A stretch of 64,000 bases of DNA from a virus (IMGVR_UViG_3300028361_000020:1-64000); one strand, 5' to 3'. Positions 1 to 8,742 are shown, counted from the stretch's first letter. Program-made: numbers and translations. The notes: generated by a model not told the origin, from the sequence alone.

Positions 1-287
1 TAAGCGCGTTGCACCTTGCGTGGACAGCACCTTCAGTTAAATCACTGCTGTGATCGTGCTGTAGGTGAATTGGGTGTTTTAAGAAACCTGGCGGAAACAA
101 TTTGAGATTTATCTTTGTTTCTTTGATAGACTTTGGCGGCGACTTTGCCAGGTTGCTGTTGCACCAGTAACACATATTGCCCTGCTCTGCTGCATACTGT
201 TCGCGTATTTCTCTGCGTTCTTTTGAGTCAGCTTTGCTGTATAACACAGGCAATTTGTAATTGTACATACATACTTTCTTTTAATGT

Positions 288-363
288 TGGCGAGAATGAC
301 GAGATTTGAACTCGCAGCCTTCGGATAGACAATCCACTGCTCTACCAATTGAGCTACATCCCC
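288..363 (-). tRNA. tRNA, anticodon GTC (Asp) likely
   Basis: Cloverleaf folds by hand; T-loop GAGTTCAAATCTC; acceptor pairs with two G-T wobbles; CCA encoded. Confidence 0.65.
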
Positions 364-436
364 ATTTTACGTTGTGCTGCCCATTTCAGGCATGTTGCTA
401 TGCTTACACTAAAGGGTTCACAACGTAGTTTTATCT

Positions 437-528
437 TGGCAGAGAGGCAGGGATTCGAACCCTGGGAACTCGTTAAAGTTCGTCGCATTTCAAGTGCGGT
501 GCCTTAAGCCAGACTCGGCCACCTCTCC
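437..528 (-). tRNA. tRNA-Ser (TGA), class II with long variable arm
   Basis: 92 nt; acceptor GGAGAGG/CCTCTCT; anticodon loop CTTGAAA; T-loop GGTTCGAATCC; CCA encoded. Confidence 0.8.
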
Positions 529-537
529 GTATTACTG

Positions 538-804
538 TTATTTACCAAGAGTTCCTAAAAATTCAAGTCTTTTGAATCTTTTGAATTCTGCTTCTGCTGT
601 AGCGAATATTTTTTCCGAGGCAAGTAACACGCTCTTTTTCTTGGTCTGTCTGTATTCTGTTGTTAATCTAAAGTAATCAAGTTTGTATTTTTCAAAACGC
701 TTTTTAATCAGTGTGGTTGTTCCGGGAGATGTGCCTCTGTGGTACTTGTGCCACTTTGCAATCTCCTGTTCCCATTCTTCAAACTGTTTTAACTTTTGAT
801 CCAT
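538..804 (-). CDS. hypothetical protein, 88 aa
   Basis: ORF between tRNA-Ser and the AOX gene on the same strand. Confidence 0.4.
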   Translation of the reverse strand: MDQKLKQFEEWEQEIAKWHKYHRGTSPGTTTLIKKRFEKYKLDYFRLTTEYRQTKKKSVLLASEKIFATAEAEFKRFKRLEFLGTLGK

Positions 805-835
805 AAAAGCAATTTAACACATTTCTTGTGATGTG

Positions 836-1519
836 TCAACGACTAAGTAATTCATTGGCCATCTGATGGTTTGTTTCTGAGTGACCTTGTTCGTCTGCTC
901 TTACCTTGAGTACAACGTCTCTTAGTGTTGCGGATTGGCTTAACTTGTAATAATCAATTGCAATTTGTGGCGCAGGCACGTTTTCGACTGTGCCCACATC
1001 AATTTCTGCAAGATACTGAGTATAACTTATAACAGCTTCTTCTTCAAAGTATCCTACCAGTCGATGTGCAGTTTTTGGAAACAGAGCGTACATTACAAAA
1101 TAGAAATGCCAAAATAGAAATTGTGCTAGCAACACCAAGCATCTTTCGAAGCGACTAGGCTGTGCAATCTCAATAAAGATCATGAGGTGCATGCGTTCGT
1201 TTTCTGCTTCGTCCAGCAGCACCTTGATCCACTTTCGGTCATCGGGCGCCATGTTTCGTAGACTTCTTAGGTGATTCCACATTCCTGCAACCATTCCAGG
1301 AACACCAGCAACTGTTTCAAGTACAACAGCACGGTGTCCATAACGTTTGGCAAAAAAGGTATCAGCAAACCATCTAAAAACTTTGGTTAACCCTAGCGCA
1401 ATGTGGTCGGAAATGTTTTGTGGTTCTGTATGCTTAAACTCTAACAATTGCTTTTCTCTTCTTCTTCTTGCGTGTCTTATCAAGTTCTCTTTGGAGCTCA
1501 AGGTTGTAGCTATCAACAT
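836..1519 (-). CDS. alternative oxidase / plastoquinol terminal oxidase-like di-iron quinol oxidase
   Basis: Motifs LETVAGVPGMV, NERMHL, FEEEA and RADEQGH, typical of the AOX/PTOX di-iron carboxylate family. Confidence 0.7.
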   Translation of the reverse strand: MLIATTLSSKENLIRHARRRREKQLLEFKHTEPQNISDHIALGLTKVFRWFADTFFAKRYGHRAVVLETVAGVPGMVAGMWNHLRSLRNMAPDDRKWIKVLLDEAENERMHLMIFIEIAQPSRFERCLVLLAQFLFWHFYFVMYALFPKTAHRLVGYFEEEAVISYTQYLAEIDVGTVENVPAPQIAIDYYKLSQSATLRDVVLKVRADEQGHSETNHQMANELLSR

Positions 1520-1633
1520 CGTTCTTGTGTGTTATCCATACAAGGAACAATGCTGGCCAAAATACTAATAACCAAAATACCCACCACGCCCAATGTACTC
1601 CTGGAGTTCTAACTTGCATATTATTTCCTAAAA

Positions 1634-2275
1634 TTAATCTTCGTTGTGTTCGTCTTTAATGGTTCTAGATGATTGATTACAATCACCAAACGGAATGCCA
1701 TCAATGTGAACTAAAACACCCAGCTTGTTAGCAAGGTTCGCTATTTCAATAATTGCAATGTCTGGAAATGCAACAAGTGGAAGGTTGTTTGTATTGTAAC
1801 TTGTTGTCATGTAGTCTTCCTTGGTTTCTGTTGTCCGGTTATCGTACTCGACAAGACCTTTCAAATTAATATCATCTTTCATCAATCGAGCCAACGCCGT
1901 GAGCTCTGTACGGTAACGACGCATAATAGCATTTTGTGCTGTACCATGGTGGTAGCCATTTTTGGCTTCAAGCTGCTTGACTCGACTAATTTCCTCATCT
2001 AAGTCAGTGATCATATCTTTAAGATTTTTCATCGTAGATTCCAATGGTAATTGAGGCAAACTTGCCAATTGTGTCTGAGTGATTGTGATTGAACTTTTTG
2101 CCGCAACTGTCAGAATGCGTTCTTTGTTTGCAAGAGTTTCTAATGCGTTGATTTCATCCTCTAACTCAACAGTAACGTCAAATCCATGTTCACTTAGAAA
2201 TTTGTATAGAAGAGCAGTAACAGTAGTCTTCCCCATTCCAGCGACAGCAGTTACGTTAATGTTAATATCTGACAT
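1634..2275 (-). CDS. P-loop NTPase, kinase-like; start at internal MSDININ (ATG 2273-2275) because the longer ORF overlaps tRNA-Met
   Basis: Walker A AGMGKTT 12 aa from the start; the upstream ORF extension runs into the tRNA. Confidence 0.5.
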   Translation of the reverse strand: MSDININVTAVAGMGKTTVTALLYKFLSEHGFDVTVELEDEINALETLANKERILTVAAKSSITITQTQLASLPQLPLESTMKNLKDMITDLDEEISRVKQLEAKNGYHHGTAQNAIMRRYRTELTALARLMKDDINLKGLVEYDNRTTETKEDYMTTSYNTNNLPLVAFPDIAIIEIANLANKLGVLVHIDGIPFGDCNQSSRTIKDEHNED

Positions 2276-2294
2276 AAAGTTTCCTTTATAAAGT

Positions 2295-2372
2295 TGGTTG
2301 CGCGGGCAGGATTCGAACCTACGACCTTTGAGGTATGAACCCAATGAGCTGACCGGACTGCTCTACCGCGAC
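2295..2372 (-). tRNA. tRNA with anticodon CAT (Met/fMet/Ile2-type); top of acceptor mismatched
   Basis: Anticodon loop TTCATAC; GGG in anticodon stem; T-loop GGTTCGAATCC; CCA encoded; positions 1-72 and 2-71 unpaired (initiator-like?). Confidence 0.6.
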
Positions 2373-2828
2373 ATAAAGACAATTTAAAAAAAACAGTTAC
2401 TGAATATTTCATTACTCTATTTACATATACGAGCAATGTGGGTTAGTGCTTAGTGTGTTAATCAACTGCTTTATTAAAAGTATCAAACTTTGTTTCCTTA
2501 GGTTGAGATTACACCTTAGGATGGAAGTCTTTGGACCTTACCGTAATCCTTGCGAGGTTAGTTAATCCGTTATCCACATACCAGCCGGACAGCTTATGTA
2601 TGTATCTTCCAACGCTGCCTTTTTTAGCGTGTGGCGTTTCACGCATCATATACTGCTACTCGTCTATCGATCCTACGTTAGCCTTGCGAGCTATTTGGAT
2701 CCGCTAAGATCCGACGTTATATTTCCAAACAAACACGTCTGCCTTGCGAGCTTCTGTGCGCCATATTCTACTAGGTAGTATGGCATTAAGCGTCTTTAAC
2801 AGTACACTGGAGCAGACTCTTGCATTTT

Positions 2829-2900
2829 AATCAAAGTTGGATTTGAACCAACACCGATTCCAGAAAAAGAATTGCTCTACCAGAGAGCTATTTGCAACCT
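2829..2900 (-). ncRNA. tRNA-like element (D-arm and T-arm present, acceptor does not pair, 6-nt anticodon-like loop); possible pseudo-tRNA or stable small RNA
   Basis: GCTC-TCTGGTA-GAGC D-arm and GTTGG-TTCAAAT-CCAAC T-arm, but no acceptor helix. Confidence 0.3.
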
Positions 2901-3421
2901 ACTATGATGTGCTACTCCTGTTGCTTCATACCTTGTTAGATACAAAATACAACACATCATCTGTTTTTCACCTTGCGGGCTAATAAACCTTACTTCAAGT
3001 ATTGGGTATATTAATTAACCTTCAACTCTTGTAATGCTGCGTTGCCTTTCCGCGCGAACGGTCAGACTATGCAGCTACCTGTTAGTAATCAGCAATCATT
3101 AGTTTGGTACATCATAGCTAAACCACCACAGTCTATTAACACTCACCGATCGGCTCCGTGTATATCCTTTCGGACTATAATACTAACTTACTGCCTACCG
3201 CCTTTCTACGGACGGACTGCACCTACGAACTAGTCGGTTGCAGTTAACTCAGGCTTGTATAGATGGACAATATAAGAGCAAGCTCTTATAGTGCGGAAGT
3301 TTATAGGAAACCTTCCTTTTATCACATTGCTGTGACTACCCTATCAACAAACACCCGAGGATGCCTGTTGCAAGCGGACTACACTCCGCAAATCTTTTTA
3401 GTACGTTTAGTTCTTACTAGC

Positions 3422-3450
3422 AGCGTAACACATGTTTAACAGCGTGTCAA
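3422..3450 (-). promoter_or_regulatory. sigma70-like early promoter (TTGACA-17-TACGCT) with AT-rich upstream element; copy 1 of a tandem pair
   Basis: Minus strand reads aaattaaagtagTTGACAcgctgttaaacatgtgtTACGCT. Confidence 0.5.
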
Positions 3451-3658
3451 CTACTTTAATTTATGTTCTATGAAACCATTGGTTTCATACTTTAAGTAGG
3501 AAGTTAACCGCTCGAATTTTGTGATTACACAAGAATAAGATTCTTGCCACTCGTCGTTTTGACCTATTTACTCTCCTATGACACTTCCCTGAGACTCTGC
3601 AATCAATAGTTCTGTATGTGTTATACTCTGCAAATAGAGCAGCTTACTTCTTACTAAC

Positions 3659-3687
3659 AGTGTAACACATGTTTAACAGTGTGTCAA
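3659..3687 (-). promoter_or_regulatory. sigma70-like early promoter (TTGACA-17-TACACT); copy 2, near-identical to the copy at 3422-3450
   Basis: Minus strand reads aaattaaagtagTTGACAcactgttaaacatgtgtTACACT; about 55 bp repeated 235 bp apart. Confidence 0.5.
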
Positions 3688-3912
3688 CTACTTTAATTTT
3701 ATTTGTAAAAGCATCATCAACAACGTGTTAACTAACTCTATATAAACACTATAGCACTAGTTAACAACGCTGTCAATAACTTTTTAGAAATAAGCTTATT
3801 TCCAGTCTATGACTGCTTACAACTTACCGCCATTGCTGACTGGGCCACATACTTGATTTCAAGAGTGCCTGATATTTTACAACCCTGGGCCTAAAGTAGG
3901 GTTGACGTGATA

Positions 3913-4224
3913 TTATGGGTTCCAGTATCCCATTTCTCCAGTTGTTGGATTGTAAATAGTGTAGAAGAAACCTGTGGGCAGTGTGCTAGTTGGTGCTGTA
4001 CCTGTGGTGTTTTCTCTAACTGGTTTGATGACTAATATATCTTCAACTGTGTTTTGTAGCACACCACCAGTTGCATTAATGACAATACTATTTGCTGCTT
4101 GAGCGTCCTGTCCAGTAAATGCACCAATTGCTATTGACGCTGCGCCTTGGTTAATTCTGCCTGCTTCAAGAACAGTTGCACCTGTGGCCATAGTGTGTTT
4201 TCCGTATAATACTCTTCCTGACAT
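3913..4224 (-). CDS. hypothetical Gly/Thr/Ala-rich protein, 103 aa
   Basis: ORF; low-complexity GATV-rich sequence. Confidence 0.4.
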   Translation of the reverse strand: MSGRVLYGKHTMATGATVLEAGRINQGAASIAIGAFTGQDAQAANSIVINATGGVLQNTVEDILVIKPVRENTTGTAPTSTLPTGFFYTIYNPTTGEMGYWNP

Positions 4225-4263
4225 GTTCTGATATGTGTTTTATATATTTATCAGAAGCATTAG

Positions 4264-4337
4264 AGATATGTGTTGGTGCCCTCGGGGAGAATCGAAATCC
4301 CGTCGACGGATTACTAAACCGTTGCTAAACCACTCAG
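4264..4337 (-). tRNA. tRNA, anticodon ambiguous (AGT or TAG reading); acceptor GCCCTCG/CGAGGGC perfect
   Basis: Perfect 7-bp acceptor, T-loop TTCGATT, CCA encoded; anticodon stem has a T-T mismatch. Confidence 0.55.
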
Positions 4338-4341
4338 CTAC

Positions 4342-4431
4342 GAGGGCAATTTGGTATCAGTGAGGGAATCGAACCCTGCTTGGATAATTGTGCTATAACG
4401 CCTGTAGTAGCACACACCGGTTAAACCTAAC
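4342..4431 (-). tRNA. tRNA-like, 90 nt class-II-sized; T-arm and acceptor clear, anticodon region aberrant (GTGCTA/TAGCAC helix with 12-nt loop)
   Basis: AGGGTTCGATTCCCT T-arm; acceptor GTCAGTA/CACTGAT (6 of 7 pairs); CCA encoded. Confidence 0.35.
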
Positions 4432-4451
4432 CAATACTGACATAGGTAATT

Positions 4452-4526
4452 TGGAGCGGGTGAAGAGATTCGAACTCTCGACATTTTGATTGGCAACCAA
4501 ATGCTCTACCCCTGAGCTACACCCGC
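4452..4526 (-). tRNA. tRNA-Gly (GCC)
   Basis: Acceptor GCGGGTG/CACCCGC, D-arm GCTCAGGGGTAGAGC, loop TTGCCAA, T-loop AGTTCGAATCT, CCA encoded. Confidence 0.85.
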
Positions 4527-4699
4527 GTTATTTGATAATACTCATATCTGTATCTGATAATGTTAGTAGAAACAAACTATCGTATCTATTAGTATATATG
4601 AACATACGATAAGTATTGGGCAATTTGTGAAACGGTCCATGCCGCATTTTAAATCGCCCAATAACTCCAATAAGAAATTTGAGATGCCGATGTCCTATT

Positions 4700-5227
4700 T
4701 CAATTTTCATAGAAATCATCAAATTCATCATCCAGGTCGATCTCCTGGCTACTGCCACCTGTGTCATATGCTTTGTAGTAATATTCGTTGGGCATCAAAA
4801 CTCTCACATCTGGTAATACCAGTTGTGCCAGCAGCAATGTTCTGTCACTGATTTCAGTTACATGCCAAGCTGTGCCACATCCGCCACCGAAGCAATGAAT
4901 TGAGCCATGGGCCCGACCTTTTAAAAATTCTTTAAGCTTGTAACCAGCTGACGTGATTATGCGGTTGACCCGTTTTTTACCGCTTAGTCTTTCTGCATCA
5001 TCCTCGGTGAGTGTTGTAATCTCAGCACAGTTATCGTTGCCAATGGTAAGTAAACATCTCTTGATTTTGATGCTGCCCTTGGTGCCTGGATTGTCCGGAG
5101 TTTCTTTTGTGCTCCATGGCAATTCACAAGTCACGTGGTCGACGTAAAATGTCTGGCCCTTGGTTTTCACAGCCCACATTGGGATGGTTGGGTCTGTTAG
5201 GTGTCCTTTGTTAAAGTGGAACACCAA
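4700..5227 (-). CDS. hypothetical protein with HCFGGGCGTAWH motif and acidic C-terminus, 175 aa
   Basis: ORF; no family recognised. Confidence 0.45.
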   Translation of the reverse strand: MVFHFNKGHLTDPTIPMWAVKTKGQTFYVDHVTCELPWSTKETPDNPGTKGSIKIKRCLLTIGNDNCAEITTLTEDDAERLSGKKRVNRIITSAGYKLKEFLKGRAHGSIHCFGGGCGTAWHVTEISDRTLLLAQLVLPDVRVLMPNEYYYKAYDTGGSSQEIDLDDEFDDFYEN

Positions 5228-5383
5228 ATCTTTGCATGCTATTTCTACCTATGACATTATTTCTCTCCTGTTATATGTCTTTTAATTATTTATATTATGG
5301 CAACCTAACTGACGATCTTAATGGGTATTGACTTGCGTCGCAGGGTTTCAGGATTGTTGCCTTTACTACAAACCCTTGTTCGA

Positions 5384-5908
5384 TTAGCAGTTGAGCAAGT
5401 TGCACCAGTTTTTAAAATACTGGTGCAACTGCGTTGTTCGTTTGTGTACGCCGTAATGATACAGCATAAAGTCTTTGGAATTTTGCTTCTTGTCAGCAAT
5501 CAACATATCTTTTACTTCGGGCAACAACAGTCCAACAACTCGGCAAATGTCATCAAGTGTAAAATCATCTGTGCCTGGCCTGCATAGGTACGAGTTAGCT
5601 GTACGACGATATTCCATGGTTAGCATAATTACATACGGGTCAAACAGTTTGATCGCTGCAACGTTTTTTGTTAAGTCTGCATCATTTTGAAAAATTGGAT
5701 GCAGACAATATGCTGCAATTGCAGCCGGGGTCGCGCCTAGTTGGTTGAGAATTTCAATACCTTCATCGATGTGGTTCATTAATTTGACGCCGCTTCGATC
5801 AGTGATATCATCTTTATAATAATCGGATATCGCCGAGTATTCTAAGGACCGCATTATGTATATCTCCATTGTTGTTTCGATAGCATTTTTACAACAGGCT
5901 TCAGCCAT
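5384..5908 (-). CDS. hypothetical protein, possible HD-type phosphohydrolase, 174 aa
   Basis: H...HxD...H...D spacing (LMNHIDEGI, CLHPIF, KLFDPY) is only suggestive. Confidence 0.35.
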   Translation of the reverse strand: MAEACCKNAIETTMEIYIMRSLEYSAISDYYKDDITDRSGVKLMNHIDEGIEILNQLGATPAAIAAYCLHPIFQNDADLTKNVAAIKLFDPYVIMLTMEYRRTANSYLCRPGTDDFTLDDICRVVGLLLPEVKDMLIADKKQNSKDFMLYHYGVHKRTTQLHQYFKNWCNLLNC

Positions 5909-6030
5909 ACTGCTAAGGTTGAATACAGTTTTGCGACAAGTCGTTAATAACTACTGTTTAGGTCGAATTGTTATCAACTTAGTTGATTTCTTATCTAGAA
6001 TCAATCAACGGCTCAGAGGTTGTAACAAAT

Positions 6031-6104
6031 TGGTGCCCCCAATGGGATTTGAACCCATATACGCGGGGTTAGAAGCCGATGCATAACCGTCATGCTCCGG
6101 GGGC
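6031..6104 (-). tRNA. tRNA with anticodon CTA (amber-suppressor type) at canonical positions 34-36; anticodon stem weak
   Basis: Standard numbering fits throughout (acceptor GCCCCCG/TGGGGGC, D GCAT/ATGC, T ATGGG-TTCAAAT-CCCAT, CCA encoded); loop TTCTAAC. Confidence 0.55.
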
Positions 6105-6160
6105 GTTGTTTAGCGAAAGAGGAGTCGATTTTTGAGTTCACACTGCACTTCTGTATTTGT

Positions 6161-6232
6161 TGGCATCGGCGGAGATAATCGAAATCTACCTTTTGGGTTT
6201 TGGAGACCCATCTGCGTCCTACGCTCACCGAC
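6161..6232 (-). tRNA. tRNA-Trp (CCA)
   Basis: Anticodon arm TGGGT-CTCCAAA-ACCCA perfect; acceptor pairs with two wobbles; T-loop TTCGATT; CCA encoded; short D-arm. Confidence 0.7.
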
Positions 6233-6269
6233 AATAATTTTCTGTTCCTAATGTCATACTAAGTTGTTT

Positions 6270-6348
6270 TGGTCGGAGTAGAAGGATTCGAACCTTCGAC
6301 CCTCTGCTCCCAAAGCAGATGCGCTAAACCAGACTGCGCTATACTCCG
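6270..6348 (-). tRNA. tRNA-Pro (TGG)
   Basis: Acceptor CGGAGTA/TACTCCG, D GCGC/GCGC, anticodon arm TCTGC-TTTGGGA-GCAGA, T GAAGG-TTCGAAT-CCTTC, CCA encoded. Confidence 0.85.
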
Positions 6349-6422
6349 TATATTTGAAGTTAGCGAACTGCGCCATACTCCGTTATTAATAGCTTCGGCA
6401 CCTAAAACTGTTTTATACATTG

Positions 6423-6451
6423 ACTGTACAGTATTTAGTTGAGCGTGTCAA
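6423..6451 (-). promoter_or_regulatory. sigma70-like promoter TTGACA-17-TACAGT facing the Pro/Trp tRNA group
   Basis: Minus strand reads cttgTTGACAcgctcaactaaatactgTACAGT. Confidence 0.5.
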
Positions 6452-6460
6452 CAAGTATTT

Positions 6461-6528
6461 ACGAGAAGATTCGAACTTCTACCTCCGGTTCCAAATGCTG
6501 CAAGGCGTCCGGCGAACTACCATTATTC
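6461..6528 (-). ncRNA. degenerate tRNA-like element (T-arm AGAAG-TTCGAAT-CTTCT present; no acceptor pairing)
   Basis: T-loop signature only. Confidence 0.3.
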
Positions 6529-6828
6529 TACATAACTACTGCTCGTCCGTTCCTACGTTAGTTTCTTCCGACATCGCTATACAGTAGTGTCCCTGCTTTC
6601 CTGCCAGGTTTACTTCGCTTTGCCAGTGTGCCTGCCTAGCCCTGCCCTAGTTCACGGTTTTTACGCTTTGCAACATGTTACACACTGGTTCCACTCTGCT
6701 CTCCCGGCGCTGCCGCCCGGTCTTTCAGTATGGGTCTTTCGTTGCCCCCTAACGCGGTGACTTTCGATCTCTTAGCGGATAATTTAATCCGCGTTTAACT
6801 TATAGCTTCGACTAACTAAAATGCTGGA

Positions 6829-6900
6829 TGGTCGGGTAGGATTCGAACCTACAACCTTCTGTACCAAAAACAGATGCTCTACCAATTGAGCTACTGACCA
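6829..6900 (-). tRNA. tRNA-Gln (TTG), copy 1
   Basis: Anticodon arm TCTGT-TTTTGGT-ACAGA perfect; D GCTC-AATTGGTA-GAGC; T GTAGG-TTCGAAT-CCTAC. Confidence 0.8.
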
Positions 6901-7027
6901 ATATTCTTATAAAATTCCACAACACAAGGCAGTCCGTATATCTTTAAGATACTGCTCTTCGGTAGGAGTAAAAGCTTGCTGCACCGATTAAATGTTCTTT
7001 CCTTGACTAGCTAAGGAATTCTAGGGC

Positions 7028-7100
7028 TGGAGGAGAAGGAATCGAACCTCCCAAAAATCAGATTCAAAGTCTGATGCATCGCCATTCTGCTACGTCCTCC
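7028..7100 (-). tRNA. tRNA-Gln (TTG), copy 2 with a different backbone
   Basis: Anticodon arm TCAGA-CTTTGAA-TCTGA perfect; acceptor TGGAGGA/TCCTCCA; T GGAGG-TTCGATT-CCTTC; CCA not encoded. Confidence 0.65.
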
Positions 7101-7107
7101 AATGTTC

Positions 7108-7362
7108 TTATAATGTTTCGTGTTGCGTACTTGTGCCAACTGTTGTGTCTGTCATATATCTCAGCACCAAGTTAGCAATGCTTACTGCTAGAATAATACT
7201 TGCGCTTGCGCCAGGCGCAAGTATATCAACTATTCCAACAATTTCGACCAAGCTTGCAACAAATAATGCTATGTTGAAAATAACTGTTCTGTAACCTTTT
7301 AAAAAATTCATAATACCGTCTCCTTGTTGATGGTACTTATATTTATGTGTAGTAAACTTCAT
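7108..7362 (-). CDS. small membrane protein, 84 aa
   Basis: ORF with a hydrophobic segment. Confidence 0.35.
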   Translation of the reverse strand: MKFTTHKYKYHQQGDGIMNFLKGYRTVIFNIALFVASLVEIVGIVDILAPGASASIILAVSIANLVLRYMTDTTVGTSTQHETL

Positions 7363-7384
7363 ACCACGCGGCGCGTATTGTATT

Positions 7385-7469
7385 TGGTACGGGCGGGGAG
7401 ACTCGAACTCCCAAACCTTGCGGTGTCACGACCTAAACGTGATGTGTCTGCCAATTCCACCACGCCCGC
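7385..7469 (-). tRNA. tRNA-Leu (TAG), class II
   Basis: 85 nt; acceptor GCGGGCG/CGCCCGT; anticodon arm TCACG-TTTAGGT-CGTGA perfect; T GGGAG-TTCGAGT-CTCCC; CCA encoded. Confidence 0.85.
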
Positions 7470-7571
7470 ATATTCAAATACTTTCTATTTAAACAAGACT
7501 CGTTTTACTGTATCTCTAGAACCTCAATTCATATTGAGATTTTTTTAATGTAGCATTCGTACTACCGCAAA

Positions 7572-7904
7572 TTATTCAGGAGCGCAAATCCAGCCTGTGC
7601 TACCTGTTTCAAAAGCGTCCATTGTGATTTCATCACCTGCATCGAGCGCGGCTTGATATGCTGCTACATCTGCTTCATATGTGGCAGCATTAATAAGGTA
7701 TCTGTTGCCTGATGCAGACATGAATACAATTGTTGGTGTTGAAGTCAACTTCTTGCCCATTTTTTTGAGCATCTTGTTGATACGTTTGACTTGTTTTTTA
7801 CCCATTTCTTCTTCCATCTCGCACCGATGATCATCAGTGATATAGACATCTTGATCATTGATGTGATTCAGCATGTCTCGAAGTTCTTTGCGTTTGATTT
7901 TCAT
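7572..7904 (-). CDS. hypothetical protein, paralogue A of a tandem pair, 110 aa
   Basis: Shares MKIKRKELRDMLNHIND...GKKQVKRINKMLKKMGKKL with the neighbouring ORF. Confidence 0.45.
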   Translation of the reverse strand: MKIKRKELRDMLNHINDQDVYITDDHRCEMEEEMGKKQVKRINKMLKKMGKKLTSTPTIVFMSASGNRYLINAATYEADVAAYQAALDAGDEITMDAFETGSTGWICAPE

Positions 7905-7944
7905 AATAGCCTCTTGAGTTACAGTTAAAAGTTGATACCGTATT

Positions 7945-8223
7945 TTAATTAATAGTGTATTGCGCGTCGTCGAGCTTGTCAGACATTTTCTTATATAGCC
8001 TACGCATGCGCTTGACTTCTTTTTTGCCTAGGCGTCCCTCTAATTTAGTCATAGCAGCATCATTAATATGATCAGACTGTGTGTCAATGTAGTCCATTAA
8101 GTCAGCAAGTTGATTGTATTTGATTTTCATTGAGCGCCTTTTTGATTGGGTTAGAGTTAAATTAAAAGTAGTAGCTGTTAACAATAGGATTGCTGCTATA
8201 GTCCAATATAGACCGGCAGTCAT
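7945..8223 (-). CDS. hypothetical protein, paralogue B; a start at the internal MKIKYNQL (about 8130) is likely
   Basis: MKIKYNQLADLMDYID...GKKEVKRMRRLYKKMSDKL is paralogous to 7572..7904. Confidence 0.45.
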   Translation of the reverse strand: MTAGLYWTIAAILLLTATTFNLTLTQSKRRSMKIKYNQLADLMDYIDTQSDHINDAAMTKLEGRLGKKEVKRMRRLYKKMSDKLDDAQYTIN

Positions 8224-8355
8224 TCCGTGGCGTTAACAGCCACTACATTTACTATTTGTACCAGGTTCTCATAAAGTCTGGGCTTCCCGCTGCAATTGCC
8301 TACGGAGTGTGCTTTGCGAATTCACGCATGACCGTCTACACTATACAAATTCTTT

Positions 8356-8742
8356 TTAGTCTCCTATGTAATCACCTAAGTGAAGGATACCATTATGATC
8401 TTCTAACACTACAAATGCAACACTGTCTTCGTATGTGTCTGGTGCAAGGCAGAACCCTCTCTCGGATATAAAGTCAGATACATCTCGTTTTGGCATTCTA
8501 TCATATCCCATTCTGGAAATTGTAACGTCTTTGCTAAACATAGAATATTCATCAAACGCTTGTAACCCGCCACCAGGCTTGCATTTATATTCACGTTTCC
8601 ATTTGTTAGGTGCTGTTGCATCCGTGACCAACTTACTAAGAAATTCAGCTTCAAAAACGATGCCGTAAATCGAAAGGACAATGCTAGGATTATCTTTGAT
8701 AATAGTTGCAATAAAACTTTTACAATGTTCTGTGCTGTTCAT
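8356..8742 (-). CDS. hypothetical protein, 128 aa
   Basis: ORF. Confidence 0.45.
   Translation of the reverse strand: MNSTEHCKSFIATIIKDNPSIVLSIYGIVFEAEFLSKLVTDATAPNKWKREYKCKPGGGLQAFDEYSMFSKDVTISRMGYDRMPKRDVSDFISERGFCLAPDTYEDSVAFVVLEDHNGILHLGDYIGD

Noticed and set aside
494-676. Plus-strand 60-aa ORF
   Set aside because: Antisense to tRNA-Ser and the 88-aa minus-strand gene; no RBS; compositionally the mirror of a tRNA sequence.
2251-2436. 61-aa minus-strand ORF and the N-terminal extension of 1634..2344
   Set aside because: Both read through the tRNA-Met gene; the real P-loop gene starts at the internal ATG at 2273-2275.
4700-5227. NADAR/YbiA-like assignment for the HCFGGGCGTAWH protein
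   Set aside because: The motif order does not fit; left as hypothetical.
6013-6234. 73-aa minus-strand ORF
   Set aside because: Spans two tRNA genes (the CTA-anticodon tRNA and Trp); an artefact of the G/C-rich tRNA sequence.
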